NCBI GenBank assembly: GCA_039638295.1
Contig: JBDIWJ010000019.1
Span: 1 to 27,345 of the forward strand
Length of the DNA stretch: 27,345 nt
Direction: 5' to 3'
Origin: Candidatus Phoenicimicrobium oleiphilum
GTDB taxonomy: Bacteria; Atribacterota; Phoenicimicrobiia; Phoenicimicrobiales; Phoenicimicrobiaceae
Both the position numbers and the translations under genes were made by a program. Below, piece by piece: positions 25,895 to 27,345 of this stretch (the first letter of the stretch is position 1; the number at the start of each line of letters is the position of its first letter). The notes below the pieces were generated by a model. That model was not told the origin of the DNA. It ran no database searches and saw nothing but the letters and a program-made list of their open reading frames with translations.

Positions 25895-26863
25895 TTGGTA
25901 CCTTATAAATTAAAATTATTAAAGATTTTTGCCGGGAATTCTAATAGAGAATTAGCTAAAGAGATATGCAAATATTTAGGCGTCCCTTTGGGAGAAGCAG
26001 ATGTTTCCAGGTTCCCGGATGGTGAAATTAAAGTTAAGATTGAAGAAAGCGTTAGGGGACTAGATGTCTTTATAATTCAATCTACCTGTCCGCCAACCAA
26101 TGAGAACCTGATGGAATTATTAATAATGATAGATGCTTTAAGGAGAGCTTCTGCAGGGAGGATTACCGCAGTAATACCATATTATGGCTATGCCAGACAA
26201 GAAAGAAAGACTCGACCTCGAGAACCAATTACGGCAAAATTAGTGGCAAATTTATTAGTTTCCGCCGGAGCCAATCGAGTACTTACTATGGATTTGCATG
26301 CTGGCCAGATTCAAGGATTTTTTGACATTCCTGTTGACCAATTAGAATCGGTTACTATTTTATCCAAATATTTTAAAGAAAAGGATTTGGATAAAGTGGT
26401 AGTAGTTTCTCCTGATGTGGGGGGGACTGCTCGAGCGAGGGAATTCGCTGGGCGTCTTAAAAAACCTATTGCTATTATTGATAAATATAGATCATCTTTT
26501 GATGATGTAGAAATAATGCATATTGTTGGGGATGTAAAGGGTAAAACTACTATAATAGTTGATGATATTATAGATACCGCAGGTTCAGTAATTAGAGGAA
26601 GTCAGGCTCTATTAAATGCAGGGGTAAAAGAGGTGTATGTTTGTGCTACTCATCCTGTTTTTGCCAATCCTGCTAAGGAAAGATTAAAAAAGTCCATTCA
26701 GGATTCTCTGTTTAAGGAAGTGGTAGTAACTAATACTATTCCTATTGATAATGAAAAGAATTTAGCAGGTATTAAGGTTTTATCGGTGGCAGAGATATTT
26801 GCTGAAGCCATTGGGAGGATTCACAACAATTTATCGGTAAGCGAATTATTTAAAATAAAATAG
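25895..26863 (+). CDS. prs: Ribose-phosphate pyrophosphokinase
   Basis: FPDGE, PYYGYARQ, DLHAGQIQGFF, VSPDVGG, IVDDIIDTAGS motifs. Confidence 0.98.
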   Translation: MVPYKLKLLKIFAGNSNRELAKEICKYLGVPLGEADVSRFPDGEIKVKIEESVRGLDVFIIQSTCPPTNENLMELLIMIDALRRASAGRITAVIPYYGYARQERKTRPREPITAKLVANLLVSAGANRVLTMDLHAGQIQGFFDIPVDQLESVTILSKYFKEKDLDKVVVVSPDVGGTARAREFAGRLKKPIAIIDKYRSSFDDVEIMHIVGDVKGKTTIIVDDIIDTAGSVIRGSQALLNAGVKEVYVCATHPVFANPAKERLKKSIQDSLFKEVVVTNTIPIDNEKNLAGIKVLSVAEIFAEAIGRIHNNLSVSELFKIK

Positions 26864-27156
26864 TATTTAGTAAATAGTGAATAGTCGTTAGTTTTTTAAG
26901 TTAGCTAATGTTCTGTTAAATAAAGTATGTTATATTTCTTGAGATTGCTTCCCCTGTTTTCGCAGGGGCAGGCTTACTTTGCTCTTCGCAATGACACTCC
27001 GTGTTTTGTCATTGCGAGCATTAGTGAAACAATATCAAAACTATCTTACTTTAATTAACTTAGCACTATTTAATTGGTCTGTTGGTTGGTTAAGTATTAA
27101 TTCTTCAACCAGGTAACCAGCTAACGAGCTAACTAAATACGAGATACGAGATACTA
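26861..27156. repeat. Intergenic repeat mosaic including a GTCATTGCGAG-type palindromic element
   Basis: TAGTATT TAGTAAA TAGTGAA TAGTCGT TAGTTTT starting at the prs stop. GAGATTGCTT...TCGCAATGACA/TGTCATTGCGA...CAATATC (26941-27036). TAAC 8-mer hairpin at 27070-27136. TACGAGATACGAGATACTA before the RBS. Confidence 0.85.
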
Positions 27157-27173
27157 AATTGGAGGTTAATAGA

Positions 27174-27345
27174 ATGGAAAAAACAAAATTAAGAGTTGAA
27201 TTAAGAAGTGATAAAGGTAAGGAAGTTAATAAAAAGTTTAGAAGAAAGGGTATTATTCCAGGAGTATTATATTCTCCTCATGATAAAAAAAATCTTCTAT
27301 TAAAAGTAAAAAATGAAAATTTATCAAAATTGATTTATCATAAAA
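27174..27345 (+). CDS. rplY: 50S ribosomal protein L25/Ctc (5' part, truncated by window)
   Basis: GGAGG RBS then MEKTKLRVELRSDKGKEVNKKFRRKGIIPGVLYS (R..G.IP.V.Y motif). Conserved position after prs. Confidence 0.9.
   Translation, partial: MEKTKLRVELRSDKGKEVNKKFRRKGIIPGVLYSPHDKKNLLLKVKNENLSKLIYHK

Noticed and set aside
2346..27156. CRISPR array or integron attC interpretation of the intergenic repeats
   Set aside because: There are no constant 23-47-nt repeats with unique equal-length spacers and no cas or integrase gene. The flanked genes are core housekeeping genes, and a consistent RYYYAAC/GTTRRRY attC layout was not evident.

Overview
AT-rich bacterial chromosomal region with Firmicutes-like gene order. 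Atribacterota or a similar low-GC anaerobe is a guess from overall style, not a database result. In order, it carries: the [NiFe]-hydrogenase maturation genes hypF-hypC-hypD-hypE; AmmeMemoRadiSam genes (amrA, amrS); a reverse-strand ArsB/NhaD/SLC13-type permease; mreB-mreC; an M16 peptidase; a DUF951 protein; rpsF-rpsR-yybS-rplI-dnaB; four tRNAs (Lys, Glu, Val, Thr); rsmA; a four-gene extracytoplasmic thiol-disulfide/Ig-like cluster; and spoVG-tRNA(Gln)-glmU-prs-rplY (partial). The most unusual property is non-coding. Most spacers of about 100 nt or more between genes are filled with an ordered, polarised mosaic of degenerate 7-nt and 8-nt tandem repeats (GTATCG[A/C], TAGT[C/G]NN, GTTTTCA, AA[T/C]TGG[T/C]N) and REP-like palindromes. 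One orientation starts at or next to the upstream stop codon, and the reverse complement sits just before the next RBS. The arms can pair either across the spacer or across the gene. Other notable points are a probable ATT start codon, an ArsR/SmtB-like operator on the redox cluster, and a promoter-small ORF-terminator unit plus a SigH-like promoter before spoVG.
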